Positions 47,768-56,385 of a stretch of DNA of 64,000 bases are shown in pieces; positions within the stretch are counted from its first letter, which is position 1, and every line of letters begins with the position of its first letter. Location of the stretch: positions 64,001 through 128,000 of IMG/VR virus record IMGVR_UViG_3300032331_000527, one strand, 5' to 3'. Both the position numbers and the translations under genes were made by a program. The DNA is from a virus. The notes beneath the pieces are model-generated. The model was not told the origin of the DNA, ran no database searches, and saw nothing but the letters and a program-made list of their open reading frames with translations.

Positions 47768-48018
47768 TTATCATTCTCCATAGAACGAGCCACAAGTCCA
47801 TCAGCGACTTGATAGAACTCTTCAGCCATTCGTCTTATGCCATATGCTTCTACCCACGTTTCATGGATCGTATGGAAAGCAGTATCGAGAGCGAGTTCTG
47901 CTGCTTCGCGCTCATCCATTCCTTGTGCGACTAGTTTATCCGTATTAGCGTGCACAAAACCCAAGAATGAGTTCTTTATCATACGAATTCTATGGGCTTT
48001 GAGCTTGTCGGTAGTCAT
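47764..48018 (-). CDS. Hypothetical protein
   Basis: 84 aa with ATGA overlaps on both sides. Confidence 0.55.
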   Translation of the reverse strand: MTTDKLKAHRIRMIKNSFLGFVHANTDKLVAQGMDEREAAELALDTAFHTIHETWVEAYGIRRMAEEFYQVADGLVARSMENDK

Positions 48019-48263
48019 AGAGGCATATCCATGTCTAGGAATTTGAGTTCCAAGAACTTGCGAAAGTTCTCAGGTGTATCTGTTATATATGACTGTCGGA
48101 TGAGCCAGAGAATGCGATCGCTATTCGTCTCGCGAGCTTTCATATCATGCTCGTCAAACACAACGAAACCACGATCTTCGAGTATTTCGATGAGATCGTC
48201 AGTATCGAAGTCGTTGATATCTACGTCTACATCTACGTCTACTGTAACAGTTTTACGACTCAT
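48015..48263 (-). CDS. Small acidic hypothetical protein
   Basis: VDVDVDINDFDTDDLIEILEDRG; GAGG SD. Confidence 0.6.
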   Translation of the reverse strand: MSRKTVTVDVDVDVDINDFDTDDLIEILEDRGFVVFDEHDMKARETNSDRILWLIRQSYITDTPENFRKFLELKFLDMDMPL

Positions 48264-48732
48264 TGGATTCTTCCTCATCAACCATGAAGTCGCTGATGGC
48301 GAAACACTCGTCAATATCAGCGGGAACGTTTTCCTTCACCCAACGCCAGTCGTGCTCGGAGATATCATAATAGTCTTCCTCATCACTTTCGCTGCAATAC
48401 TTACCACAAAAGCCTACTCCAGACTCATAGTAGAAAGCTTCAACATCAAAGCCAAGCTCAGCAATATGCTTATAGAATCCGATAGGCGGAGCCCACGCAG
48501 AATCGAACCATATATCTAGCGATCCCTCGCTAAGATTATCAACTGCGTCGCTGCATTCCACGTCCCATTTCGTGCCCCAATTTTCAGCGCACCAACCATA
48601 CTCCCACTCTCCTTCGGGAGCAGGCATGAAAGTCATCATAGGATTACCTTGGACAAAGGCTTCAGCTAGACGCTTCAGCTCGCTCTGATCCTTGTGTCCA
48701 AATGTAGCAACGTTCTGGCACCAATTAGGCAT
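48253..48732 (-). CDS. YubB/Api92-like ferredoxin-fold protein
   Basis: MPNWCQN, W..ENWGTKW, FDSAWAPP and YYESGVGFCG motifs. Confidence 0.75.
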   Translation of the reverse strand: MPNWCQNVATFGHKDQSELKRLAEAFVQGNPMMTFMPAPEGEWEYGWCAENWGTKWDVECSDAVDNLSEGSLDIWFDSAWAPPIGFYKHIAELGFDVEAFYYESGVGFCGKYCSESDEEDYYDISEHDWRWVKENVPADIDECFAISDFMVDEEESNES

Positions 48733-48890
48733 TAGACTACTCCACAGGCTTTATAGAAACGGTCGAAGTCGAACTTCGCATTGATGCGCTTACACGCAGT
48801 CGCAGCAGCGATCGCGGCGTTCAGTCGTGCGTGAGGATCCATGATATTACGAATCTCTTCAGCGAAGATTTCAAAATGCTTGCGTGTCAT
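48732..48890 (-). CDS. Small early protein
   Basis: Manual translation MTRKHFEIFAEEI...NAKFDFDRFYKACGVV; GGAG SD. Confidence 0.6.
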   Translation of the reverse strand: MTRKHFEIFAEEIRNIMDPHARLNAAIAAATACKRINAKFDFDRFYKACGVV

Positions 48891-48892
48891 GT

Positions 48893-49096
48893 TCAGCTCC
48901 GTTCAATAATGTCAAGAAGATCGTTCAGCCACATTTCCTCATTGGCTAGACGGCAGTTGATACCCAGATCAAACTCGTCGTCAGCCGAAACTCTAACGGC
49001 TAACGCACGCCTCACGTCGTCCAGACGATCGTAAAGCTGTTCGACAATCTCTTCTTTCGCTGTTTCTGGATTAGCGGCAAGGAACGTCACACTCAT
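48893..49096 (-). CDS. Small early hypothetical protein
   Basis: 67 aa; GGAG SD; coupled. Confidence 0.55.
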   Translation of the reverse strand: MSVTFLAANPETAKEEIVEQLYDRLDDVRRALAVRVSADDEFDLGINCRLANEEMWLNDLLDIIERS

Positions 49097-49329
49097 GCTG
49101 CTTGCTCCGCCTGTTCAGAATAAAGTTCGTCCAGCCAAGCCTTGGCATAAGCTTTCGACTCGTGTAGAAGCTTGCGCTCTTCTGAGGTACGAGTAGCGAC
49201 GAGGCACCAGACTCCAGGCTCGCGCTCGGAAAAGAGTTCAAAAGTCCTAGAGCCGTTATAGCGGACCATGCCCCACCAAGGGTCGAACGCAACAATCCAA
49301 CCGTCGCAGATAGCCATTTCGAAAGTCAT
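49093..49329 (-). CDS. Small early hypothetical protein (ends in AA)
   Basis: GGAG SD before ATG 49329. Confidence 0.55.
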   Translation of the reverse strand: MTFEMAICDGWIVAFDPWWGMVRYNGSRTFELFSEREPGVWCLVATRTSEERKLLHESKAYAKAWLDELYSEQAEQAA

Positions 49330-49342
49330 GCTAAATTCTCCC

Positions 49343-49600
49343 TCAGAGTTCGCTATAGATTTCGCCGTCGGCGTGACGATACACGGTTTCGTTAACGAAC
49401 TCGTCATCCATATCGAAGAACGAAACGGTAAACTCGCCGAGGATACAGACGCCAAAGTCACCAAACTCGCCGATGAGGTCGCCAGCTTCGGCACCAGCAA
49501 AGCCCATGAAATCCGTTTCATCCATAGGGCGGAACTGAATGGTCTCGAGCAAAATCTGGGCGTCGGCTACGGTACGGGGGGCGGAGATAGAGATTTGCAT
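49343..49600 (-). CDS. Small acidic early protein
   Basis: AAAGGA SD and its own promoter; in-frame ATGATG at 49618. Confidence 0.6.
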   Translation of the reverse strand: MQISISAPRTVADAQILLETIQFRPMDETDFMGFAGAEAGDLIGEFGDFGVCILGEFTVSFFDMDDEFVNETVYRHADGEIYSEL

Positions 49601-49624
49601 TGGATTTCCTTTCATCATATTTTA

Positions 49625-49653
49625 ATTGTAGCTGGTTGGCATGAAATTGTCAA
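49625..49653 (-). promoter_or_regulatory. Early promoter, TACAAT class
   Basis: CCCTTGACAA; TTGACA-17-TACAAT. Confidence 0.8.
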
Positions 49654-49865
49654 GGGCGCTGGTCGAGCGTAACCTGACGAATTTCGAACCAAAACTCGTC
49701 GGCCTCAAGGTCTTCGGCCTCGGTCATTTCTTGGACATAAGCCTCGCCCACTTCGGCGGCAAGGGCGTGGGTCGAATAGGCCCCAATGACCTCGACAATA
49801 AAATCGTCGCCACCTTCAGAATTCCAGTCGGCACGACCCCCGATTACAACGTAAATGTTAGCCAT
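49650..49865 (-). CDS. Small acidic early protein
   Basis: GGAG SD and its own promoter. Confidence 0.6.
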   Translation of the reverse strand: MANIYVVIGGRADWNSEGGDDFIVEVIGAYSTHALAAEVGEAYVQEMTEAEDLEADEFWFEIRQVTLDQRP

Positions 49866-49907
49866 ATTGTCAAGCTCCAGTTTCTAACGAATCACCCTAC
49901 ATTATTC

Positions 49908-49936
49908 ATTGTAGGGGGCTTAGCCTTGATTGTCAA
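49908..49936 (-). promoter_or_regulatory. Early promoter, CCCCC-TACAAT class
   Basis: TTGACA-ATCAAGGCTAAGCCCCC-TACAAT. Confidence 0.8.
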
Positions 49937-50090
49937 GGGCCCCTTTGCGGCTTTTTCCGCGAGCGATATAGCGGGTCTTGCGGAGTCCAGCGGCTACGGC
50001 CACGGGAGCTACAGTCACGCTCCTGTTGGCGAGAAAAGTGGCGATAGCGGCGGTATTAGCGGTGTTGGTGGGCTTTACGGTAACGGCCAT
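49920..50090 (-). CDS. Small basic early protein
   Basis: TGGAG SD and its own promoter; in-frame ATGATGATG at 50114. Confidence 0.55.
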   Translation of the reverse strand: MAVTVKPTNTANTAAIATFLANRSVTVAPVAVAAGLRKTRYIARGKSRKGALDNQG

Positions 50091-50120
50091 CGGTAAACTC
50101 CATTGCATCATCATATTATC

Positions 50121-50149
50121 ATTGTAGGGGGTATATTCGTGGTTGTCAA
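50121..50149 (-). promoter_or_regulatory. Early promoter, CCCCC-TACAAT class
   Basis: TTGACA-ACCACGAATATACCCCC-TACAAT. Confidence 0.8.
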
Positions 50150-50161
50150 GGCCCCTAAACG

Positions 50162-50190
50162 AAAATACCGCCCTTTCGAGCGGTATTTTT
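50162..50190 (-). terminator. Intrinsic terminator, probably bidirectional
   Basis: Minus strand AAAATACCGCTC-GAAA-GGGCGGTATTTT. Confidence 0.75.
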
Positions 50191-50204
50191 TGTAGCTTTT
50201 TTTG

Positions 50205-50489
50205 TTACAGACGTAACAGCTTTTTTGCCATTTGTAACTCGTTAATGGCGGTTCGTAAGTCGAATTTTTCGTGATTTTCGTGGAACTTTACTTTACTTTC
50301 GATTTGGTTTATTACCTTTAGGACCTCGAATTTACTAGTAAAATCAGCGACTTGAAGTAAACGCTTGGCCTCGATTAAATCTATACTATATTCTACCCAC
50401 TTATCGGTGGGGTTAAACTTAGGAACCCCACGGCTATACTTACGACCCGCGATTTGTACATTTTTATACTTGAGAATTACATTTGACAT
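50205..50489 (-). CDS. Basic early hypothetical protein
   Basis: GGAG SD, with its own promoter and terminator. Confidence 0.6.
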   Translation of the reverse strand: MSNVILKYKNVQIAGRKYSRGVPKFNPTDKWVEYSIDLIEAKRLLQVADFTSKFEVLKVINQIESKVKFHENHEKFDLRTAINELQMAKKLLRL

Positions 50490-50515
50490 TTTTCGTTCTC
50501 CAGCGTCCAATTATC

Positions 50516-50544
50516 ATTGTAGGGGGTACTGAAGCGATTGTCAA
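50516..50544 (-). promoter_or_regulatory. Early promoter, CCCCC-TACAAT class
   Basis: TTGACA-ATCGCTTCAGTACCCCC-TACAAT. Confidence 0.8.
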
Positions 50545-50552
50545 GGCCTAAT

Positions 50553-51230
50553 TTAATGGAGCGCCGCGCCCCCCGAAAGGTCGAAGCAAGAGCCGGTAAC
50601 ATGAGCCGACTCATCGGACAACAGAAAGAAAATCATGTTGGCTACATCAACTGGTGTGGTGTTGCGCCCCATAGCTGAATGGGCATTGATTTTCGTTCTG
50701 TTGGCGTTCCAACGATTTTCGGTGAATCCAGGCAGAATCGTGTTAGCACGAATTCCTTTCATGCCATACTCTTGGGCGATGCTCTGTGTAAATGTGTTCA
50801 CCGCTGCCTTCGAAGCGGAGTAGGCGCTCATTCTAGGGAATCCTTTGAACGCCGAACCTGAGATGATGGATACGATATTCCCCTTCTTCTGTTCTAGGAA
50901 ATGAGGAATGATGGCGCGAGTGGTGTTGACTACTCCATTAAAGTTGAGCATCATCGTTGCGTCGAAATCTTCCTTGCTAGTTTCATGGAACAGTTGTTTG
51001 GCAGATTCCATAGAAGGGAGACCGCCAGCGATATTGACGACAGCATCAATCTGTCCGCGAGCACTAATAGCAGAAGCGAAGAAGTTGTTCACCGCCTCTG
51101 CGTCTGTGACGTCAACAACGTTGTCACTCTTGCGGCTACACATAATGATATCCCAATCATTATCCAAAAGCTTTTTGGCTGTTTCCTGAGCCATCCAGCT
51201 AGTGCCTCCTGTGATGATGGCGACTGGCAT
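50553..51230 (-). CDS. Short-chain dehydrogenase/reductase (FabG-like SDR)
   Basis: YSASK catalytic motif, VNIAG and GIRANTILPG; the Rossmann motif is degenerate (TGGTSWMA). Confidence 0.88.
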   Translation of the reverse strand: MPVAIITGGTSWMAQETAKKLLDNDWDIIMCSRKSDNVVDVTDAEAVNNFFASAISARGQIDAVVNIAGGLPSMESAKQLFHETSKEDFDATMMLNFNGVVNTTRAIIPHFLEQKKGNIVSIISGSAFKGFPRMSAYSASKAAVNTFTQSIAQEYGMKGIRANTILPGFTENRWNANRTKINAHSAMGRNTTPVDVANMIFFLLSDESAHVTGSCFDLSGGAALH

Positions 51231-51571
51231 TATTCAGTCTCTTCTTTGAATTCCAAACGCAATCCAAGCTGCTTGAAAATATGATCACGAGTTATGTGTT
51301 GAATCTCGGAAACTGTTTCCGCTTGTCCGATGAACTTATGATTAAGGAACCAACCGTAGTAAAGACCGTCTATACGCACAATCTTGACCGGAATATAAGC
51401 GCGATCATCCTTATCATAATCTACGATGTCGTCTGTTGAGATTTGTCCAGAGATTTCTCCATCGTCTTCGACATGCTTCTTAATGAATTTCTTATATACA
51501 AGATCTCCCAAGAATGCGCCAATGATCCAGGTGACTCCATAGAAGAGTACGTTGTAAAAGAACGGTTCCAT
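51230..51571 (-). CDS. Hypothetical protein with an N-terminal TM helix
   Basis: 113 aa with a hydrophobic N-terminal segment. Confidence 0.55.
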   Translation of the reverse strand: MEPFFYNVLFYGVTWIIGAFLGDLVYKKFIKKHVEDDGEISGQISTDDIVDYDKDDRAYIPVKIVRIDGLYYGWFLNHKFIGQAETVSEIQHITRDHIFKQLGLRLEFKEETE

Positions 51572-51580
51572 TTATTTTCC

Positions 51581-52426
51581 TTATGCTAAGAACGATTCGA
51601 GTGTGTTGGTGAACTGAGAACTTTGATACGCTTTCTGCCACTGGATACGGACTTCCTTTCTATTCTCCATACCCATCTTTCCCCATGCGCCTTCTTTTTC
51701 TACGATGTCAACGAACTGGGGAAAATACTTCCTAAGCTCGTACGCAGCTTGCTCCTGCAATTCATGATTGCGAAACGTAGAGTTGCCTCCTGCGCTGTTG
51801 TGATTATAATTGAAGAAATACTTATAGATCACTGCATTCTTGAATCCCTTCGTGAGCATCGAAAGAGTGATCCAGTAATCCTCATAGAGTTTAATATTCT
51901 TATTCTGCTGATACATCCCGTCGAAACGAATTCCTTCACGCTCCATCCAGTCTGTGCGAAGTCCGTATGTCGCATACGAGCGACCCACTTCTTTGACATT
52001 ATCTTCGACGTGATTGTTTCCACCACGTGCAGAAAAGCCCACTTGCATATACTCGTCGAGCATCTCGCTGACCATATCGTACATTTTCAACCATTCAGCT
52101 TCCTCCATACCATTGAACTGTTTCAGTTCTTCATTACGCCAACCAAACGTAGCAAGATCATCGATGAACCAAACTTTCCCCTTACCTACTTCAGGATGAT
52201 CAATACACCGCTGCCTAATATCAGCAATCCCATCAATATCAAGGGGATTAGCGATAATGCGCACAGTATCAGGAACATGAGGTCGAAGGTGAGAAACCCT
52301 ATCCTCTCTCGTGAAAACATAGACGTTCTCGTGGAGCGCCTTCGGAATCTGAAAAATTGCACGCTGATTGTCCTCGCGCATGAACGTTGTAATGATAATT
52401 TTAAGTGGAGAAAGTGATGAACTCAT
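51581..52426 (-). CDS. TET-associated (TAGT/GREB1-like) GT-A glycosyltransferase
   Basis: IITTFMR, GIADIRQ, WFIDD, LYEDY and GGNS motifs; same operon as the TET/JBP gene. Confidence 0.75.
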   Translation of the reverse strand: MSSSLSPLKIIITTFMREDNQRAIFQIPKALHENVYVFTREDRVSHLRPHVPDTVRIIANPLDIDGIADIRQRCIDHPEVGKGKVWFIDDLATFGWRNEELKQFNGMEEAEWLKMYDMVSEMLDEYMQVGFSARGGNNHVEDNVKEVGRSYATYGLRTDWMEREGIRFDGMYQQNKNIKLYEDYWITLSMLTKGFKNAVIYKYFFNYNHNSAGGNSTFRNHELQEQAAYELRKYFPQFVDIVEKEGAWGKMGMENRKEVRIQWQKAYQSSQFTNTLESFLA

Positions 52427-52790
52427 GGAGACTCATAGCCTTATCATCTATGTAAGCCATACCATACGGCTTACCGAATATCAGTTGATCGAAGGGAACT
52501 TTATACGCATCAAGCCAATCAGCTGTAATCTTACCCAGACGAGCAAAAGCTTCATCTGGATCATTGTAGCAAGATAGCATATGTCTGGCTGTGTGGATAG
52601 TGATGTACCATCCTTCGCTATGAATTCTTCTCATACCCTCAATGATATCAAGCTTTGGTTCGGCTGAGATATATTTTTCATAGATGTCTTGGATGGATTT
52701 ATCTGAGACGCAGATAGTGTCGTCCAGATCAATAACAATCGACTTACTGAACAAATCCAGAGTCTGTGGCCGCCTTACGATAGAGTGCAT
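52401..52790 (-). CDS. Capless HAD-family sugar-phosphate phosphatase (start uncertain)
   Basis: IDLDDTIC, HTAR, GKP and YIDDKA motifs. Confidence 0.85.
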   Translation of the reverse strand: MHSIVRRPQTLDLFSKSIVIDLDDTICVSDKSIQDIYEKYISAEPKLDIIEGMRRIHSEGWYITIHTARHMLSCYNDPDEAFARLGKITADWLDAYKVPFDQLIFGKPYGMAYIDDKAMSLHEFITFST

Positions 52791-54357
52791 AGAACACTTC
52801 CTGGTTAGTTCTGTTATGTGAATGAAGTGGTATCATACTCAAAAACAGAGACGCTGTCAAGAACAAAGTTAAGCACCACACATGCTCACCATATTTGGCT
52901 ATGAACGCAGTCTTGTAGGCTTCGCGAGCAGCTTCTTTGCCAGCATCGAAGATGATGATCTCCTCGTCTTTCTTGACATACAGTTCCGCGTCGATATAGT
53001 CGTAAGGATAGTAGGCGGAATGAGTAAGCTTGGCTAAATCATACAGAATGTTGCCATATGCGTCGCCACGAGGATCGATGAGCTTTATCTGCTTGCTGCC
53101 AGGATGATAGAAAATATTCGAGAAGCAGAAATCACCATGTGACAACGAGTCTGTCCAATGAACAAAACCATCTTCGCTTTCTTTCAGCTCATCGAACTTA
53201 CGCAGGAACTCACGCGAGAGATCAAAGTCGATATCAGGTTTTTCTTCAACCATCTCTAAGAAACGTTCCCAGTTCTTTTCAGACATCTTATCGAAGAACT
53301 CGGAATAGACACCTGGCTTATAGTAGAACTTGAACGTATCGAGGATACCAAACAGTTTGTTATAGATTTCCGTCCAGAATGCGGGGTCTGACTCGAGATA
53401 CAGATAAAGCTCGCGCAGCGTAGGACTATCAATGCGCTCCATCGTGTATGTGGGGCGTCCGCTTTCTATAGTACCATATGGTTTCTTATCAAGGATACGC
53501 GGCGTCAACAACTTTACGGGAAGCGGAAGGTTTTCATACCAATTCATCTCAGCCTGAATCTTAGCTGGTTGCGTCTGAGAAGACTTGGTGATAGTCATTC
53601 CCTTATCGGTAGCATGAACCTGATTGAATTCACGCGAGTTCTTGATGCCTCGATTTTCAAGATACTCTTGCAACGTACCGAAGTCTTTGATACTGATTTC
53701 TTTGACCTGAATCTCTTCTGCCGAATTATAAAGACTCATAGCTTGAGAAATTTGAATTTCACCATCTCGCACGCGAGCGCGAGCATTGTAAATTGCTACA
53801 TGCAACGACTGACGAAAACGAGCACCGTTAGCGAAATAATACACACCACTGACAGCAAGATTCGTCGGAGGCTTATCAGCAGGCTTATCATGGAACGCTT
53901 TGATGCGGCTATCTTCTACTTCAGCCATGCACCAGCGATTCCAGTCAGAAACTTTCTGTACGCTCACCCAAGAAACAGAACCATTCGCGAACCACATATC
54001 AGGAATAGTCTTGACGATGATATCACTCAACAGAACAAGAACTGGTTCGTTCTGTGCGATAAGGTCTGTAGAAAGGCCGCAGTAGATAGAAACAGCTGGA
54101 CCACCATTTCCGATATGAACGTAGTCCTCGAAACGGATTCGTTGGTCATCAGGAAAGTACATCTTCACGATTTCGATAATACGATGACCCTGATGCCCAG
54201 TCACGATTGTTACGAGACGAGCACCAGCTTCAAAAGCAAATCGAATGTTATGAACGATGATAGGGATTTCCTGAAACGGCAGGACGCACTTTGGATAGTT
54301 CTTACCCAACTCATTAAAACGAACGCCACGTCCTGCCGCCGGAATCACACACTGCAT
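52744..54357 (-). CDS. Sugar nucleotidyltransferase fused to an APH/choline-kinase-like kinase
   Basis: N-terminal IPAAGRGVRF...PKC and DFGT; C-terminal HGDFCFSNI, LIDPRG and YDLAKL. Confidence 0.88.
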   Translation of the reverse strand: MQCVIPAAGRGVRFNELGKNYPKCVLPFQEIPIIVHNIRFAFEAGARLVTIVTGHQGHRIIEIVKMYFPDDQRIRFEDYVHIGNGGPAVSIYCGLSTDLIAQNEPVLVLLSDIIVKTIPDMWFANGSVSWVSVQKVSDWNRWCMAEVEDSRIKAFHDKPADKPPTNLAVSGVYYFANGARFRQSLHVAIYNARARVRDGEIQISQAMSLYNSAEEIQVKEISIKDFGTLQEYLENRGIKNSREFNQVHATDKGMTITKSSQTQPAKIQAEMNWYENLPLPVKLLTPRILDKKPYGTIESGRPTYTMERIDSPTLRELYLYLESDPAFWTEIYNKLFGILDTFKFYYKPGVYSEFFDKMSEKNWERFLEMVEEKPDIDFDLSREFLRKFDELKESEDGFVHWTDSLSHGDFCFSNIFYHPGSKQIKLIDPRGDAYGNILYDLAKLTHSAYYPYDYIDAELYVKKDEEIIIFDAGKEAAREAYKTAFIAKYGEHVWCLTLFLTASLFLSMIPLHSHNRTNQEVFYALYRKAATDSGFVQ

Positions 54358-54372
54358 AATATAAAGCTCCTG

Positions 54373-55776
54373 TTAAACGAAATCGAAGATGCTGGTCTTT
54401 TGACCTTTTCCAAGCTTATTTAGAATCTCTTCTGCTTCGTCATGGAATCCATTATTTCCTAAGAAATTCGCCCACTCTTCCGTATCCCACATTGATGGAG
54501 ATACACCAATCCATCCTTCATGCCACAACGGATGTTCCTTGTTATCACGACGCTGATAAACGAAACGACGACGAGTCTCTTCATACTTACGAGAGCCACA
54601 CGTCAACATAGACTCGCGGAAGTACATCACAACGCTCATGCGCTCGAAACCTTCTTCGTAATCGAACGCAGGTGAGTTGCTATGAACACGATGTGCGTTC
54701 ATCATAATCAAATCACCAGCACGAATATCAGCAGCCACACGAAACTCTGGGAAGCAAAGGAAGAATCCGTTATAGTTCTTACCATTATCTAGAACAAGGA
54801 GATTACTAAATCCTTTTGGATTGTCAGCATTTTCCCAACTCTCACACAAGTCACCTACGTCACGATGAGCAGCTGTGCGGAAATCGCGATTGATAGTTAG
54901 AGTCGTGTAGACTGTTTCACCAATACGCCAGTCTTCTCCGAGCTGTTTCATTGCTTCCGCTTGTCCTTCCCAACGAATAGGAAGCTCGCGCTTGAACACT
55001 TGATTAGCAGCTTCGAACAGAGGAACGGCAGCTTCATACTTATCTTTATGATTAGCTTGCCATCCAGTCTCACGGCAGAAAGGAATGCGTGGATATCTAT
55101 CCATGAATCCACCGACACCAGAGCGCACACCATTAGCATACGTTGTATCGGAAATCAAATCATGAAGGATATGATCTGCTGCCATACGACGTCCTTCTGG
55201 ACTCTTATCCTTATTCTCTTCATACCAAGTAGTGAAGTCAAATCCCTGAGTCTTCTTCACAATCCAGATAGCGCCAGCACCGATTTCTGCGAGATCCTTA
55301 TTAGCACCAGAGCCACGGCCTTGTAGAGGCTTATCTGGTGTCCTATCATAAAGATCTTGCAGCATATCTCTGCCAGTGATATCTAACGGAGAACCCTTCA
55401 TCATATATTGAAGAACAGCTTTCTCACGCTGTGTCACCCAACGGCGAGAACCTTCGCCGTCAGGAAGCTTCTGGAACGCAGTATCACGCTCGATACCAGC
55501 AGCCAGTCCACGATTGTCTGACATCATCGCGCCACTACGCAGATGCTTGTATGCAGCATCTGTCAGTTCTTTCGGGAATACGTTCTTACGAAACTTGCAT
55601 AGCAAATTCTTTTCGCTATGCGTTTCGCCATTAGCAATCTGAAGAGGAGTCAGAGGTTCGTAAACGTCTGTGTCTTCAGTAAGAACAAGATCGTAACAAT
55701 CATGGTCTAAGAACTTTCCCAGAAGATGATCCTTCTGGTCGCGTTCGGAATGCTCTAGATAAATTACTTTTACCAT
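54373..55776 (-). CDS. TET/JBP-family 2OG-Fe(II) DNA dioxygenase
   Basis: YTTLTINRDFRTAAHRD (HxD), LCFPEFRVAADIRAGDL, distal H in RVHSN and ERMSVVMYFRE. Confidence 0.82.
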   Translation of the reverse strand: MVKVIYLEHSERDQKDHLLGKFLDHDCYDLVLTEDTDVYEPLTPLQIANGETHSEKNLLCKFRKNVFPKELTDAAYKHLRSGAMMSDNRGLAAGIERDTAFQKLPDGEGSRRWVTQREKAVLQYMMKGSPLDITGRDMLQDLYDRTPDKPLQGRGSGANKDLAEIGAGAIWIVKKTQGFDFTTWYEENKDKSPEGRRMAADHILHDLISDTTYANGVRSGVGGFMDRYPRIPFCRETGWQANHKDKYEAAVPLFEAANQVFKRELPIRWEGQAEAMKQLGEDWRIGETVYTTLTINRDFRTAAHRDVGDLCESWENADNPKGFSNLLVLDNGKNYNGFFLCFPEFRVAADIRAGDLIMMNAHRVHSNSPAFDYEEGFERMSVVMYFRESMLTCGSRKYEETRRRFVYQRRDNKEHPLWHEGWIGVSPSMWDTEEWANFLGNNGFHDEAEEILNKLGKGQKTSIFDFV

Positions 55777-55806
55777 TGTTCTCTCTCCTTCTGAAAATCT
55801 ATATCT

Positions 55807-56385
55807 CTATGTATGCTTCAGAAGATTTTCATATGTGTTGAAATACACATTTTTACCAAATAAAGGATTCACTTTAAAGTCATTCGGGAAAATGAAAATG
55901 AAGTCAATGTCAGGATTGCTATTAGTCAGCCACTGAACATAGCGGATTCGTCCAGGATTATCAGCTGCGTTGGCACGAACTTCCATACCATAGTTGTTCG
56001 TGCCATCATAGACGTTGGAAACAGACTGCTTGTTATCAGTAGCCAAGAAATCGAATCCAACGCAAATCAGCTGATTGAATTCCATCTTAATAGCTTCACG
56101 CATAGCATTGACGCCAGCATTACTGCGTGGACGTCCAATGTTACACTCTGCTGGTTCCCAGCGTTCATCAACCGGAGGCACAAGAAAACGCATGGACGGA
56201 AAATCCGAGCATTCTATTTCGGAAATGATACCATCATCAATGCTAACGATGAAATCAGGAAAAGAGTAGTCAGGATAATCACGATATAGCGCATTACAAC
56301 CAAACACCGTTCCATAAGGTTTAAATCTGGTAAGGTCTATCCCCTTCCGAGAAGTGCCATTACCGATGATAAAAGCTGTGTTCAT
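55807..56385 (-). CDS. Maf/CstII-like (DUF115-type) putative glycosyltransferase
   Basis: FIIGNGTS, FGCNALYRD, VSID and VGFD motifs. Confidence 0.55.
   Translation of the reverse strand: MNTAFIIGNGTSRKGIDLTRFKPYGTVFGCNALYRDYPDYSFPDFIVSIDDGIISEIECSDFPSMRFLVPPVDERWEPAECNIGRPRSNAGVNAMREAIKMEFNQLICVGFDFLATDNKQSVSNVYDGTNNYGMEVRANAADNPGRIRYVQWLTNSNPDIDFIFIFPNDFKVNPLFGKNVYFNTYENLLKHT

Noticed and set aside
49868-49873. Extra TTGACA just before ATG 49865 as a fifth promoter
   Set aside because: There is no matching -10 at 16-18 nt spacing.
51623-54423. Long plus-strand ORFs of 264 aa and 284 aa
   Set aside because: They are antisense to well-supported genes, lack motifs and expression signals, and are explained by codon bias.
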